Shown here: positions 19,384-30,095 of the stretch, one piece after another
Layout of the letters: the number at the start of each line of letters is the position of its first letter
Numbering within the stretch: position 1 is the stretch's first letter
From: Clostridia bacterium
GTDB taxonomy: Bacteria > Bacillota > Clostridia > UMGS1810
Reading direction: 5' to 3'
DNA: 51,080 nt
Assembly: GCA_045532255.1 (NCBI GenBank)
Contig: JAZSFO010000025.1
Coordinates: 1-51,080, forward strand
The notes under the pieces: generated by a model
What the model was told of the DNA's origin: nothing
The model's database searches: none
Seen by the model: only the letters and a program-made list of their open reading frames with translations
Translations under genes and position numbers: made by a program

Positions 19384-20544
19384 CTATTTGAGAGGAAGTA
19401 ATTTTGCTTCCCTTGAATTATTAAGAATGAGTGCGCATTTTTTTGTGGCTATAAAAATTACATCTTTAATGTCATATGTTATATCGGCTGATGAAATGTG
19501 TTTTCCCTTGATGTTTATAACCTGAATTTGTCTGTCAAGAGTAAGCAGGGCACTTTGATTGTGCATGTCTATTCCGTGTATTTTTGAGGATGTAATATAC
19601 TCTCCTGCACTCTTGCCTTTGGTTGTATAGAAAACGACCTTTGAACCTGTATTTGCTGAATCATCATCGTTAAATATAAATGCAAAAAGACCGTCATCAT
19701 ATGTGTATTTGTATAGACTTTTTCCATCAAAGTTATTTTGCCATTTCATTCTTCCTGACGAAAGATTGTAGCATTGCATTTTGGTTTCAAAGAGTGTTAT
19801 AATTTCTTTCTTTCCTGTCATTATCATACCGCCGGGAACAGAATTATGAAAATCTATTGTGCAGTCGGTTTTGTTTTTTCTGGTGTTTGTAACAACAAGC
19901 TTTGAAGAAACATTTTTCTTGTCTGTTACAAGCTCGTTTGTAATAAGAGTATAATTGTTATCAGATAAGACAGCATATGTTATAAAGCTGTCAGGATTAT
20001 CTCTGTAATACAGCATTTCTCCTTTGGGGTTATATACAACAAGTTTGTTTTTGAGACCTGCTTCCTCCAGGAAAAGTACGGTGTATCCGTTTTTATTAAT
20101 GTTGCCGAACATTACATTTCCGGGGGTTTTGATTTCTTGAGTTTTGTTTCCGTCAGTTACCATGGCAAGCTTATCCTCGTTATAATAAACAAGGACATAT
20201 TTGCCGTTGACCTTTATTGACGGAGCTGTTTTCGAACCGTTTATTTCCCATTGAAGTTCCTGATTTGTGTTAAAGCATGATATCTTTCCGTCTTTTGCCA
20301 TTACATAGCCTTCTTTATATGAGTCAAAGGCGTAGTTATTGGCACTTGTAAGAGTAATTTTGTCTGTTTTTACAGTATTTGTGGCGTGGAAATTTGCATT
20401 ACCGCCTGCAGATACAAATATTCTGATAAAAACAAAAATTAAAAGTATATATAATAAGTACTTGAATATTTTTCTGTTGTTTGAAGTATTCTTATTTTTC
20501 TTGGGAAAATCAATAATTTTCTCATTTGAATTATTATTTTTCAA
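19384..20544 (-). CDS. Membrane-anchored beta-rich protein of unknown function (DUF5711-like)
   Basis: Basic N-terminal tail, a single TM (YLLYILLIFVFIRIFV), then about 330 aa of repetitive beta-strand-like sequence. Only TTG at 20544 is available as a start, and the AGGAG 11 nt upstream overlaps the truA stop. Family assignment is from memory of similar Clostridia proteins. Confidence 0.6.
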   Translation of the reverse strand: MKNNNSNEKIIDFPKKNKNTSNNRKIFKYLLYILLIFVFIRIFVSAGGNANFHATNTVKTDKITLTSANNYAFDSYKEGYVMAKDGKISCFNTNQELQWEINGSKTAPSIKVNGKYVLVYYNEDKLAMVTDGNKTQEIKTPGNVMFGNINKNGYTVLFLEEAGLKNKLVVYNPKGEMLYYRDNPDSFITYAVLSDNNYTLITNELVTDKKNVSSKLVVTNTRKNKTDCTIDFHNSVPGGMIMTGKKEIITLFETKMQCYNLSSGRMKWQNNFDGKSLYKYTYDDGLFAFIFNDDDSANTGSKVVFYTTKGKSAGEYITSSKIHGIDMHNQSALLTLDRQIQVINIKGKHISSADITYDIKDVIFIATKKCALILNNSREAKLLPLK

Positions 20545-20558
20545 TTATTTCAACACTC

Positions 20559-21299
20559 CTAATATTCTACTCTGTATAGTGACAACCCCTGCGGAGGTGC
20601 TGTGGGTCCTGCTTTGGAACGGTCCCTGGCACAAATTATTTCCTGCATCATTTCGGGAGGATATTTACCCAGTCCGACATCTGACAATGTACCTGTAATA
20701 ATGCGTACCATATTGTATAGATATCCGTTTGCTCTTATGTATATCTCTACAGTACTGCCGACCGATAAAACATCTAGGCCATATACGGTTCGTACAGCGG
20801 ATTTGACTTCGGTTCCCGATGTCATAAATGATGTAAAGTCCAATTCGCCGATAAGATATTTTGCAGCCTCCTGCATTTTTGATACATCAAGCTCCCTTTT
20901 GATTTGCCATTCGTAATTTCTTGAAAAAACCTCGGGATTTTTATCTGTATTAATTATATATCTGTAGGTTTTGGATTTGGTATCAAACCTTGCGTGAAAT
21001 CCGTTGTCAACTGTTTCGCAGCTAAGTGCTTTGATATCATCGGGAAGCTTGTTGTTGAGAACTATCGGAAGTCTGTCTGCAGGAATTGGAAATGATGTAA
21101 CAAAAGAACATGCATATTCAACTGCATGTACACCTGCATCTGTTCTTGAACAACCATTGATATGTATATTTTCATTTGTGATGGAAGAGAGTGCATCTTC
21201 CAGGGCTTTTTGAACTGTTATTGCCTGTGGTTGAATCTGATATCCGTGATAATTAGTACCGTCATATTGTATTTTGAGAAGTAGGTTTCTTTCTGTCAT
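20559..21299 (-). CDS. truA: tRNA pseudouridine(38-40) synthase TruA
   Basis: IQYDGTNYHGYQIQ and catalytic RTDAGVHA motifs. Start set to the ATG at 21299, which overlaps the ecfT stop (ATGA). The Cys-rich 43-aa upstream extension in the ORF track lies inside ecfT. Confidence 0.92.
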   Translation of the reverse strand: MTERNLLLKIQYDGTNYHGYQIQPQAITVQKALEDALSSITNENIHINGCSRTDAGVHAVEYACSFVTSFPIPADRLPIVLNNKLPDDIKALSCETVDNGFHARFDTKSKTYRYIINTDKNPEVFSRNYEWQIKRELDVSKMQEAAKYLIGELDFTSFMTSGTEVKSAVRTVYGLDVLSVGSTVEIYIRANGYLYNMVRIITGTLSDVGLGKYPPEMMQEIICARDRSKAGPTAPPQGLSLYRVEY

Positions 21300-22099
21300 A
21301 TAATTACTCCGATAAAATAAACAATTATAGCACAAGCAAGTACAAACACAAGTGCAAAAACATCTTTTTTGTTCATGGATAGTTCTTTTAATCTTGTTCT
21401 GTTTTCTCCGCCTCTGTAACATCTGCATTCCATAGCGGTTGCAAGCTCATCGGCACGCCTGAAGGAGTTTATAAAAAGCGGTACAAGTATCGGAACAAGA
21501 GCCTTTGCTCTTTTTATAAGATTACCACTTTCAAAGTCGGCACCGCGTGATTTTTGAGCCATTATAATTTTGTCTGTTTCCTCAAGAAGTGTCGGTATAA
21601 ATCTAAGAGCGATTGTCATCATCATGGCAAGCTCGTGGGAAGGTAATCCTATTTTTGAAAACGGCTTAAGCAGAGATTCTATGCCGTCCGTCAGTAAAAT
21701 CGGCGAGGTTGTAAATGTAAGAAGCGATGTAAATGACACAAGCATAATAATTCTGATTGACATTGTTATTGCAGAAATTATGCCTTCCTGCGATATTTTG
21801 ATAAACTTCCAGTTTATTACATAATTATTGCCCGATGTAAGAAACAGGTTAATGATTGCTGTAAAGATAATCAAAATCAAAACAGGCTTAAGTGATTTAA
21901 GTATTACGGCAAAGCGGATTTTTGAAAGATATATAACAAGAGCATTTAATGCAATTACAACAGCGAAGCTGGCAGGTGTTTTGCACATGAAAACGACAAT
22001 TATAAAAATTATTGCCGATATTATTTTAACTCTTGGATCGAGTCTGTGTATAGGTGAATTTATGGGAAAGAATTGACCCAATGTAATATCTTTAAGCAT
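21296..22099 (-). CDS. ecfT: ECF transporter transmembrane component EcfT
   Basis: N-terminal SPIHRLDPRVK, the conserved ARG coupling motifs (ALRFIP, MAQKSRGA), and position after ecfA1-ecfA2. Confidence 0.92.
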   Translation of the reverse strand: MLKDITLGQFFPINSPIHRLDPRVKIISAIIFIIVVFMCKTPASFAVVIALNALVIYLSKIRFAVILKSLKPVLILIIFTAIINLFLTSGNNYVINWKFIKISQEGIISAITMSIRIIMLVSFTSLLTFTTSPILLTDGIESLLKPFSKIGLPSHELAMMMTIALRFIPTLLEETDKIIMAQKSRGADFESGNLIKRAKALVPILVPLFINSFRRADELATAMECRCYRGGENRTRLKELSMNKKDVFALVFVLACAIIVYFIGVII

Positions 22100-22952
22100 T
22101 TTTTGCTCCTTTGATTATTTTATATATTGCCTCTGCCGCATCTTTGACATTATAAACATCGCTTGGAATAGAATATCCTTTTAACCTCAAATGCTCGATA
22201 ACAGAGCATATTTGCGGTGTGTTAAGTCCGATTTCTTCCAGCATTTTTCTTTTGGAAAATATCTCCCCTACTGTACCGAATGCCTTGAGTGTGCCGCCTG
22301 ACATAACCAATACCTTTTGTACGCTATCAGCTATATCCTCCATTGAGTGAGATACAAGAATTATTGTTGTTCCCTTTTCCTTGTGGAGCTTTTTGAGACG
22401 GGACAGCAAATCATTTCTGCCTCTTGGGTCAAGACCTGCAGTCGGTTCGTCAAGAATAAGTACCGATGGTTCCATGGCAATTACTCCCGCAATTGCAACA
22501 CGTCTTTTCTGACCGCCTGACAGATCAAAGGGCGATTTGTCAAGAAGTGCTGGATTTAATCCGACAAAATCAATTGCGTCAAAAACTCTGCGTTTAATCT
22601 CGCTTTTATCAAGACCCATGTTTGACGGCCCAAAAGCTATATCCTTATATACAGTTTCTTCAAACAACTGATATTCTGGATATTGGAATACGAGACCTAC
22701 TCTTGAGCGAAGCTCGTTCATTGAGCATTTTGAGTCGGTAATATCCATGCCGTCAATAATAATTGAACCGCTGTCAGGCCTCAGAAGACCGTTAAGATGT
22801 TCTATAAGAGTGGATTTTCCGCTTCCTGTATGACCTATAAGACCTACAAATTCGCCGTCTGATATTTCAAAGGATATATCATTTAATGCGACTTTTTCAA
22901 AAGGACCGTTTTTTGAATATGTGTATTTTAAGTCTTTGACAATTATGGACAT
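22092..22952 (-). CDS. ecfA2: ECF transporter ATPase EcfA2
   Basis: Walker [10 protein letters not shown], signature LSGGQKRR, Walker B ILDEPT, and the EcfA-type C-terminal extension. Confidence 0.92.
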   Translation of the reverse strand: MSIIVKDLKYTYSKNGPFEKVALNDISFEISDGEFVGLIGHTGSGKSTLIEHLNGLLRPDSGSIIIDGMDITDSKCSMNELRSRVGLVFQYPEYQLFEETVYKDIAFGPSNMGLDKSEIKRRVFDAIDFVGLNPALLDKSPFDLSGGQKRRVAIAGVIAMEPSVLILDEPTAGLDPRGRNDLLSRLKKLHKEKGTTIILVSHSMEDIADSVQKVLVMSGGTLKAFGTVGEIFSKRKMLEEIGLNTPQICSVIEHLRLKGYSIPSDVYNVKDAAEAIYKIIKGAKNA

Positions 22953-23770
22953 AATTTATCTATCTCCCTGATACATTCATCCGTGTTTAGAATTCCATCC
23001 GAAATGTCTATCCCCTTTTTTCTGAGTTCATAGGCAAGCTTTGTGACCTGCGGAACATCAAGACCCAGTGACTCAAGGATGCTTACCCTTGAAAAAACAT
23101 TTTTGGCAGTATCATCCATGACAATTTTTCCATCGTCTATTACAACTACTCTTTTTGCTCTTACTGCCTCATCCATGTTATGTGTTATAAGAATAATTGT
23201 AATTGAATAATTCTTATTAAGCTCCTCTATACAGTTCATTACCTCCATGCGTCCCTTGGGATCAAGCATGGCTGTAGGTTCGTCAAAAATAATAATTTCG
23301 GGACGCATTGCTATAACGCCTGCAATGGCAATTCTTTGTTTCTGTCCGCCCGAAAGCAAATGAGGAGCGTGCTTTTTGTACTTTGACATCCCGACTATAT
23401 CAAGGGCTGTGTCTACCCTTTTTCTTATTTCGTTTGGCTCAATGCCTAAGTTTTCTGCAGCAAAAGCGACATCTTCCTCCACGACTGTTGCAACAATCTG
23501 ATTGTCAGGGTTTTGAAAAACCATCGCGGCTGTCTTTCGTATATCCCATATTCGTTCACTATCAGATGTATCCATACCGCCCACAAAAACCGAACCGCCG
23601 CAAGGAAGCAAAATTGCATTAAGGTGCTTTGCAAGAGTTGATTTTCCTGAGCCATTATGACCCAAAACAGCTACAAACTCGCCTTTTGATACGGAGAGAT
23701 TTATGTCTTTTAGGACTATTCTTTGTTTATCCTGTGTGTAAAAAAATGTAAGATTTTCTGCAGTAATCAA
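22943..23770 (-). CDS. ecfA1: ECF transporter ATPase EcfA1
   Basis: Walker [10 protein letters not shown], signature LSGGQKQR, Walker B IFDEPT. TTG start with GGAGG 7 nt upstream. Confidence 0.92.
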   Translation of the reverse strand: MITAENLTFFYTQDKQRIVLKDINLSVSKGEFVAVLGHNGSGKSTLAKHLNAILLPCGGSVFVGGMDTSDSERIWDIRKTAAMVFQNPDNQIVATVVEEDVAFAAENLGIEPNEIRKRVDTALDIVGMSKYKKHAPHLLSGGQKQRIAIAGVIAMRPEIIIFDEPTAMLDPKGRMEVMNCIEELNKNYSITIILITHNMDEAVRAKRVVVIDDGKIVMDDTAKNVFSRVSILESLGLDVPQVTKLAYELRKKGIDISDGILNTDECIREIDKLCP

Positions 23771-23772
23771 TT

Positions 23773-24645
23773 TTATTCCTCCAGCTTATACCATCTTGTT
23801 GCAGCGCCGCACGGAAGTGTTAGTGCTGATGATTTGATAGGAATTCCAATTTCGTCAGAAGTAACTATTCCGCCGTATTTTCTTTGAAGTTCCATTGTGA
23901 GAAGATTTTTTACAATTGTATGAGATATACCTGTTGTATAAGAATTCACAATAAAGAATAATGGATTATCCGAAAGAAGCATTGAGCATTTTGAAACAAG
24001 ACCGTGTAATTCGTCTTCAAACTTCCAGATTTCACCCTTTGGTCCTCTTCCGTATGACGGGGGGTCCATTATTATAGCATCATATTTATGACCGCGTCTG
24101 ATTTCTCTTTCTACAAATTTAATGCAGTCGTCAACTATATATCTTATCGGTGCATCGGAAAGTCCTGACGAGGCGGCATTTTCTTTTGCCCATTGTACCA
24201 TACCTTTTGCGGCATCAACATGTACGACCTTTGCACCTTGGGATGCACATGCAACTGTTGCTCCTCCCGTATAGGCAAAAAGATTTAATACGGAAATTTC
24301 TCTGTTTGATTTTTTTATCATATCCATTGAAAAATCCCAGTTAACAGCCTGCTCGGGAAAAAGACCTGTATGCTTAAAGCCCATTGGTTTAACATTAAAT
24401 ATAAGATTTCCGTAGGATATTTTCCATGTGCTTGAAATTTCACCCCGAAACTCCCATTCGCCGCCGCCTGACTTGCTTCTGTGATATACGGCACTAACCT
24501 TTTTCCATTCATCGGGACTTAATTTTCCGCTCCATATAATCTGCGGGTCGGGTCTTTCCAGAATAACATCATTCCACCGTTCCAGCTTCATTCCGTCGGA
24601 TGCATCTATTATTTCATAGTCTAACCATTTTTCTGCAAGTAACAT
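23773..24645 (-). CDS. Class I SAM-dependent methyltransferase (RlmI/RlmK-like rRNA methyltransferase core without a PUA domain)
   Basis: SAM-binding [26 protein letters not shown] catalytic-type motif. Confidence 0.8.
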   Translation of the reverse strand: MLLAEKWLDYEIIDASDGMKLERWNDVILERPDPQIIWSGKLSPDEWKKVSAVYHRSKSGGGEWEFRGEISSTWKISYGNLIFNVKPMGFKHTGLFPEQAVNWDFSMDMIKKSNREISVLNLFAYTGGATVACASQGAKVVHVDAAKGMVQWAKENAASSGLSDAPIRYIVDDCIKFVEREIRRGHKYDAIIMDPPSYGRGPKGEIWKFEDELHGLVSKCSMLLSDNPLFFIVNSYTTGISHTIVKNLLTMELQRKYGGIVTSDEIGIPIKSSALTLPCGAATRWYKLEE

Positions 24646-24648
24646 ATA

Positions 24649-25656
24649 TTATCTCCCAATTCCTTTTTTGGCAATCCTTATATCATCACCCATAAATCGC
24701 ATAACTTCAAAGTTTCCGATAATTCTTGAAGCCACTCTGTCGGTATATTTTTTTTCGAGATTTGAAAGGCTTAAATTTGTGCTTATGATTGTGCTTTTTT
24801 CATTAAGCAGTCTTGTGTTTAATATATCAAAAAGCACAGAACATGTGTAAGCTGTTCCAAACTCAGTTCCGAGGTCATCTATAATGAGAAGATCGCAATT
24901 GTATATGCTTTCGTATATGCCTTCGTTCATATCCCTGTCTATACGGCAAAATTTATAATCCTCCATGAACTGAAAAAGCTTGTATGCGGATTGATAAACA
25001 ACGCTGTATCCCCTGCTCATCAGCTTGTTTGCAATACAGCTTGCCATAAAGGTTTTGCCTGTTCCTGATGTGCCATAGAAGTAAAGGTTGTCCTTTTTTA
25101 TATCAAAATCATCACAGAACAGCTGACAGTCTCTATAGACTGATTTTATGTTGTCATATGGCGAAATATTTATTTTGCTATCAATGACATTTTTTGAATA
25201 CCACTGTAAAGAGAAGTTTTCAAAAACATCTTTTTCACAGTCAAAGGAAATGCTTTTGCTTCCGTCTATATCCGTAAGCATTATTTTTTTCATTATCTCC
25301 ATATAGCACTTGCATTTTTGACCGTCGGCGATACCTGTATCCTTACATATACTGCAGTCATAATGTGTTTCTGTATCGCTTATTCCGTTATCATCAAGAA
25401 TAGATTTTCGCTCACGTAATAGAACGGCTTTTTCGGCATTTACTGCCTTTACCGCTTCATCGGGACTTATGTTTTCGGTGAGTATTCTTGATGCGTGTCT
25501 TACCGCGAGGGCAGAAATTTCATCATCTATCTGCTTAAGTCTTGGAAACGATAAATATAATTCCTGTAATTTTTCTTTTGCGATTGCCTGGTTTTTTAAT
25601 TGTCTGTTTTGATATTCCTTCATTACCTTGTCATGAAGTATACCTGAACTATACAT
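24649..25656 (-). CDS. DnaI/DnaC-like AAA+ helicase-loader ATPase
   Basis: N-terminal Cys cluster CSICKDTG...CKC, Walker A GTSGTGKT, Walker B LLIIDDLG. Paired with a DnaD-domain gene upstream. Confidence 0.8.
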   Translation of the reverse strand: MYSSGILHDKVMKEYQNRQLKNQAIAKEKLQELYLSFPRLKQIDDEISALAVRHASRILTENISPDEAVKAVNAEKAVLLRERKSILDDNGISDTETHYDCSICKDTGIADGQKCKCYMEIMKKIMLTDIDGSKSISFDCEKDVFENFSLQWYSKNVIDSKINISPYDNIKSVYRDCQLFCDDFDIKKDNLYFYGTSGTGKTFMASCIANKLMSRGYSVVYQSAYKLFQFMEDYKFCRIDRDMNEGIYESIYNCDLLIIDDLGTEFGTAYTCSVLFDILNTRLLNEKSTIISTNLSLSNLEKKYTDRVASRIIGNFEVMRFMGDDIRIAKKGIGR

Positions 25657-25669
25657 ATTTCATACCTCT

Positions 25670-26668
25670 TTAGTTTTTGTTTACTCTGTCTTTTATAAGC
25701 TGAACTTCATAATCACTTATTTCATCGTCATAATCCTGGAAGAAGTTTCGCTTTACAGGTTGTTTTGTATCCTTTGCGGTGTTTTTGGGCGGTGCAATAT
25801 TATTTTTTATAACTGCATCCATATACTTAAATGTAATTTTACCTGTATTTGCAACTGCCGCTTCGTATGCGGCTTCTATCTGTTCATCCTTTGCTTTGAG
25901 CTCATAAACCCAGCTTCGTATAAATGCCTCTTCTGTATTTGTAAGCTCTCTGCCTGTAATCTTAAACATTGATTTGTATTTTTTTGTAAGTGCGGTAAAT
26001 TCGTTTTCTTCCTTTACAACAACACTTGCTTTCGATAGTGTGTTTATCCCCTTGTCAGCCCAGGTGTATGCCACCTTTTCTATATAACGCATATTTGTTT
26101 TTCCGTATGATATACAATGCTCCAAAAGGGTAAATATAACTTCAACAGGCATTCCCAGATAATCGTAAAAACTAAAAAGTATCTTGCGTTCTGTATCTGT
26201 AAGTGGTCTGTTAAGAAGTTGTTCGGAAATAAGAAACATATGTCTTATTCCGTCGTTATTTTTCATGTATGTGTTTATATCGCTTTTTGTATAACTGACA
26301 GCTGTCGGGTTTGAGGATTGCCTGGGTGAGGACTGCGTCTTATCTTCTTTTTTTTCGGTTAAAGACGGTAATTCGGCTTTTTCGTCAGAACGAGCCGAAT
26401 CCATAAACTCAACAGAAAAATCTTTTTCTGATATTTGCTTGAATTTAATAAGACCCATCTTCTGCCAATATTTAAATGCACGGATTACATCCGACTCGAG
26501 CAGATTGAGAGAATTGACCACATCGGACATTTCCAGTTCGCTGTTATTAAAGTGTCTAAGAACAAAGAGGTAGACCTTTACAAAAGAGCCGTTTGCTTCA
26601 CAAAGAAATTCGTCAACAAAACGGTTGCTTACTGTAAAATAATCAATATTTCTCGTTATGTTTATCAT
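25670..26668 (-). CDS. DnaD-domain replication initiation protein (DnaB/DnaD family of Firmicutes)
   Basis: N-terminal winged-helix-like region and a C-terminal DnaD/DnaB_2 repeat (RPLTDTERKILFSFYDYLGMPVEVI...YIEKVAYTWADKGI). Confidence 0.8.
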   Translation of the reverse strand: MINITRNIDYFTVSNRFVDEFLCEANGSFVKVYLFVLRHFNNSELEMSDVVNSLNLLESDVIRAFKYWQKMGLIKFKQISEKDFSVEFMDSARSDEKAELPSLTEKKEDKTQSSPRQSSNPTAVSYTKSDINTYMKNNDGIRHMFLISEQLLNRPLTDTERKILFSFYDYLGMPVEVIFTLLEHCISYGKTNMRYIEKVAYTWADKGINTLSKASVVVKEENEFTALTKKYKSMFKITGRELTNTEEAFIRSWVYELKAKDEQIEAAYEAAVANTGKITFKYMDAVIKNNIAPPKNTAKDTKQPVKRNFFQDYDDEISDYEVQLIKDRVNKN

Positions 26669-26714
26669 CAGTTATACTCCTATTTACACAGCATCTAATC
26701 GATTTTATAAGTGC

Positions 26715-26749
26715 AGAAATGTGTCTTGCCTTTGACAAGACACATTTCT
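26715..26749 (-). terminator. Hairpin terminator downstream of the SLH-protein gene
   Basis: Perfect 14-bp stem AGAAATGTGTCTTG / CAAGACACATTTCT with a 7-nt loop. The U-tract on the minus strand is poor, hence moderate confidence. Confidence 0.6.
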
Positions 26750-26770
26750 TTATATTACAAACTGTTACAA

Positions 26771-28612
26771 TTAGTTGTTGGAAACATTTATTGTTGTAGC
26801 TTCAAATACACCGCTGTTTCTCATACCAAATGCGGTAATAACAGCACCCTCCTTAACTGCGGAAAGCTTGATGGAGCTTCCTGTAAGGATATCAATTATA
26901 GTTGCCTTGGATTTAACAAATACAGGCTCTGTAACAGTTATACCACTTGTTTTGTCTGTATATGTAACCTGAATTACGCTGTATGATGTGTTAACGGAAG
27001 AAACTGTTCCGCTAATCTGTGTTACACCCTCTGAAACATCTGTTTCGAGCTTTACAACTGTTTCGCCTTCCATTGTCATCGAAACGGCAACACCTACACG
27101 CAGGTCATAGAATGTGGGGGTAGATTTTCCGGGCATTACTATTTCACATGCATTGCTTATGGGATATGTCATTGTACCGTCATCTGTTTTAACTGTTATT
27201 TTGGGAGATGCAGATATGATAACCTCCTGTATAACACCTGCCTTGCTTTGCTTCTTGCTCGTGGAAACAATTTTTGTTACTCTGTCATATGTGAGAGTAA
27301 GTGCTACTGTGTCACCGCTTACAATAGCTGTTGCGGTTGATTTTGCACCGTTTTTGCTAACCTCAACATTGCTGTCGAGAATGTATGTTTTCTGCGTGCC
27401 GTCTGTAAGCTCGACACTAATCATGCAAAGCGGTGTAATGGTCACATCTATAACTCTGCCTGAAACATTTTTGGTTTTAGCATATCCTCTGATGGTTGCT
27501 GCTTCGCCCTTTTTTATGCTTAAGTGTACGAATGCGCCTACAGGGATATCATTGAGTGTTGCACCCTCGTCTTCGTAGCTGATAGCAACATCGCTACTCA
27601 GAGGATATGTTTCCTTTACATCTGTGCCTATAGTAACATCGTCTTCTTCAACAACATAGATGGATATGGATGCCTTGTTTCCGGCTGTCTTTGAGCTTAC
27701 AACGCCGGTAACTTCCTTGTCAACAAGAGGAGTAATAAAGTCAATTGCATAAAGTGAGCCGTCTTTAACTGTAAGAACAGCATTGTAACCTGTAACGATA
27801 TCGTTGAGGGTTATATCAGCACCTTCAAATCTTAATGTAACACCTGTATTGATTATGTATCTGTATGAGTCGGTCTCGTTCTTTACTTTAATAACCTTGG
27901 AAGCATAATCGATATCTGCTACCTGACCGCTATAATAGGTGTAAAGTGTTGCCTCTCTCAGCTTGTTCATAAGAAGTGCAGCCTGTGCTCTTGTAACGTC
28001 TGTTGCAGGAGAAAATTTATTGTCGCCGACACCGTTCATCATGCCGTTCTTTGTTACATATTCAACATATTTCTTTGCATACGCGGGGATGTCGTCAGCA
28101 TCGTCAAATTCTAAGGTTGTAATGAGATTTTTGCTTACTTCGCTTTCTGCATCAAGAGCCTTTGTCAGAAGAACAGCAATCTCATATCTTTTCATTCCTG
28201 AATTTGCATTTGTCTTATCGATATAATCACCAAGTTCGTCCTCTTTAATGATGTTTTTCATAAGAAGATAGCAAACTTCATCACTGCCAAAGGTTAATTC
28301 AAATTTATCAACCTTTTCGCCATACATTGTTTTGGCTGCTTCAAGAAATGCTTCGTTTTCGGGTGAGTTGACACCGAGTATTCTTGCGGTAAGAAGAAGT
28401 GCTTCGAGTTTTGTCACTGTATTGTCGGGTTTGAATGTTCCGTCGCTGTATCCGGTAATTATACCGAGATCAGCCATGTTTTCAATGGCTTCTATCGCCC
28501 AGCTGTGTGTGGAGCTGTTTACATCACTAAAGCTCTTTGCACCTGCAAAAGTAGGCATGGTCAATACTATGGCAATAGCCAATACCACTGATAAGAATTT
28601 GAATTTTTTCAT
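26771..28612 (-). CDS. S-layer homology (SLH) domain cell-wall protein with tandem beta-rich modules
   Basis: Signal peptide MKKFKFLSVVLAIAIVLTMPTFAGA. Three SLH repeats (FSDV...ITGYSDGTFKPDNTVTKLEA, ...FDDADDIPAYAKKYV...GDNKFSPATDVTRAQAA). About 6 divergent modules of roughly 60 aa follow. Start at the ATG 28612 with GGAGGG upstream. Confidence 0.85.
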   Translation of the reverse strand: MKKFKFLSVVLAIAIVLTMPTFAGAKSFSDVNSSTHSWAIEAIENMADLGIITGYSDGTFKPDNTVTKLEALLLTARILGVNSPENEAFLEAAKTMYGEKVDKFELTFGSDEVCYLLMKNIIKEDELGDYIDKTNANSGMKRYEIAVLLTKALDAESEVSKNLITTLEFDDADDIPAYAKKYVEYVTKNGMMNGVGDNKFSPATDVTRAQAALLMNKLREATLYTYYSGQVADIDYASKVIKVKNETDSYRYIINTGVTLRFEGADITLNDIVTGYNAVLTVKDGSLYAIDFITPLVDKEVTGVVSSKTAGNKASISIYVVEEDDVTIGTDVKETYPLSSDVAISYEDEGATLNDIPVGAFVHLSIKKGEAATIRGYAKTKNVSGRVIDVTITPLCMISVELTDGTQKTYILDSNVEVSKNGAKSTATAIVSGDTVALTLTYDRVTKIVSTSKKQSKAGVIQEVIISASPKITVKTDDGTMTYPISNACEIVMPGKSTPTFYDLRVGVAVSMTMEGETVVKLETDVSEGVTQISGTVSSVNTSYSVIQVTYTDKTSGITVTEPVFVKSKATIIDILTGSSIKLSAVKEGAVITAFGMRNSGVFEATTINVSNN

Positions 28613-28629
28613 TTTTTTACCCTCCTGTT

Positions 28630-29637
28630 TCAATTCAATTCTACGCTTAAAAACGGTATCGCATTTAAGCTTATATCTGCAATGTTGCCCGCCTTCCATT
28701 CATGGTAAGCACATGCGGCAACCATTGCTCCGTTATCCGTACAAAGTATAGGTGACGGATAATAGACTGTTTTTGAGCCCTTTCTGTTATTGAGTTCCTG
28801 TCTGAGTCTTGAGTTGGAAGCAACACCGCCCGCAAGGGCTATACGGCTGATGTTGTATTTATCTGCTGCGGCTAAGAGATTGTCTATAAGTACCTCAACG
28901 ACGCTTTTTTCAAAGCCTGCTGCAATGTCTGCTTTGTTTATTGGTTCATTTTTTTGATTTGCGTTATGAATGTAATTTATAACACCTGTTTTTATTCCGC
29001 TGAAGCTAAAGTCAAAGTTGTCCTTGCCAAAGGTAACTTTCTTGAACGAAACGGCATTTTCATCGCCCTGTTTGGCCAAGGCATCTATTTTTGGGCCTCC
29101 GGGATAACCGAGTTCAAGAACTCTTGCAACCTTGTCGAAAGCCTCTCCTGCTGCATCATCTCTAGTCTGTCCTATGACCCTGTAATCTGTGTAATCATTA
29201 ACAAGGATAATGTGGCTGTGTCCGCCCGATGTTACAAGACACATAAACGGTGGTTTGAGGTCGGGATGCTCAATGTAGTTTGCACATATGTGTGCTCTTA
29301 TATGGTGAACAGGTATAAGCGGTTTATTAAGTGAATATGCAATTGCCTTTGCTGCGGATACTCCTACAAGGAGTGCTCCAACCAGACCCGGTGCATATGT
29401 AACACCTATTGCATCTATGTCGGAAAGGCTTTTTCCGCTTGCATCTAGTGCTTCTTTGATAACTGTGTTAATTACTTCAAGATGCTTTCTTGATGCTATT
29501 TCGGGAACTACACCGCCGTATAATTTGTGTATATCTATTTGTGAAGAAATGATATTGGACAGAACCCTTTTGCCATCCTCTACTACGGATGCAGATGTTT
29601 CATCACATGAGGATTCTATACCTAAAATCAATGACAT
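28630..29637 (-). CDS. tsaD: tRNA N6-adenosine threonylcarbamoyltransferase TsaD
   Basis: [11 protein letters not shown]-terminus, metal-binding HHIRAH, and ASKHA fold motifs (GGVASN). Confidence 0.95.
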   Translation of the reverse strand: MSLILGIESSCDETSASVVEDGKRVLSNIISSQIDIHKLYGGVVPEIASRKHLEVINTVIKEALDASGKSLSDIDAIGVTYAPGLVGALLVGVSAAKAIAYSLNKPLIPVHHIRAHICANYIEHPDLKPPFMCLVTSGGHSHIILVNDYTDYRVIGQTRDDAAGEAFDKVARVLELGYPGGPKIDALAKQGDENAVSFKKVTFGKDNFDFSFSGIKTGVINYIHNANQKNEPINKADIAAGFEKSVVEVLIDNLLAAADKYNISRIALAGGVASNSRLRQELNNRKGSKTVYYPSPILCTDNGAMVAACAYHEWKAGNIADISLNAIPFLSVELN

Positions 29638-29648
29638 ATTATCACCGC

Positions 29649-30095
29649 CTAAATGTTAAGTGACATGAGTATCGCATCATCACACGGATTTTGATAGTAA
29701 TTTTTTCGTATGCCGTCTGCGGAAAATCCGCAGGAGTTGTATAGTGACACGGCACCGATATTTTGGCCTCTGACTTCTAACATAAGTTTTGAGTAGCCTG
29801 ATTGCTTGAGAAGACTAACAAGCTGTTGTATTATAAATCTTGCAGCACCTTTTCTGCGATATGAATGTTTAACCGCAATTCTGTTAAGCTCTGCTTCATC
29901 CAGTACGGTCGATACATTTGCATATCCTACGGTTTGACTATCTACATAGCACAGAATGTATATGCTGTCGGGTTTTTTTATATCTTTTTGTATAAGCTCA
30001 AATGACCAGAATTCATCGGAAAAACACTCTTTTTCGATATTATATATTTCCTCTGCATAATCTTCCATTTGAGACACATTTGTTACTCTATACAT
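29649..30095 (-). CDS. rimI: Ribosomal-protein-alanine N-acetyltransferase RimI (GNAT)
   Basis: GNAT acetyl-CoA motif [13 protein letters not shown] and the conserved position upstream of tsaD. Confidence 0.85.
   Translation of the reverse strand: MYRVTNVSQMEDYAEEIYNIEKECFSDEFWSFELIQKDIKKPDSIYILCYVDSQTVGYANVSTVLDEAELNRIAVKHSYRRKGAARFIIQQLVSLLKQSGYSKLMLEVRGQNIGAVSLYNSCGFSADGIRKNYYQNPCDDAILMSLNI

Noticed and set aside
20559-21428. Cys-rich 43-aa N-terminal extension of truA, and similar upstream extensions of the SLH (28613-28699), deacetylase (3879-3950), rplI, hpt and DAK2 ORFs
   Set aside because: The extensions lack an RBS, overlap the preceding gene or terminator, and are absent from the conserved protein N-termini. 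Internal ATGs with proper Shine-Dalgarno spacing were used instead.
24649-26668. The DnaD-domain and DnaC-like ATPase pair as a prophage replication-module remnant
   Set aside because: The pair is embedded without gaps in a housekeeping operon (methyltransferase, ecfA1A2T, truA). No other phage genes are present. The pair matches the chromosomal dnaB/dnaD-dnaI arrangement of Firmicutes.
27114-28751. Plus-strand ORFs of 154, 87 and 139 aa antisense to the SLH-protein gene
   Set aside because: They are antisense artefacts inside a well-supported CDS. The 139-aa ORF also runs through the tsaD 3' end.
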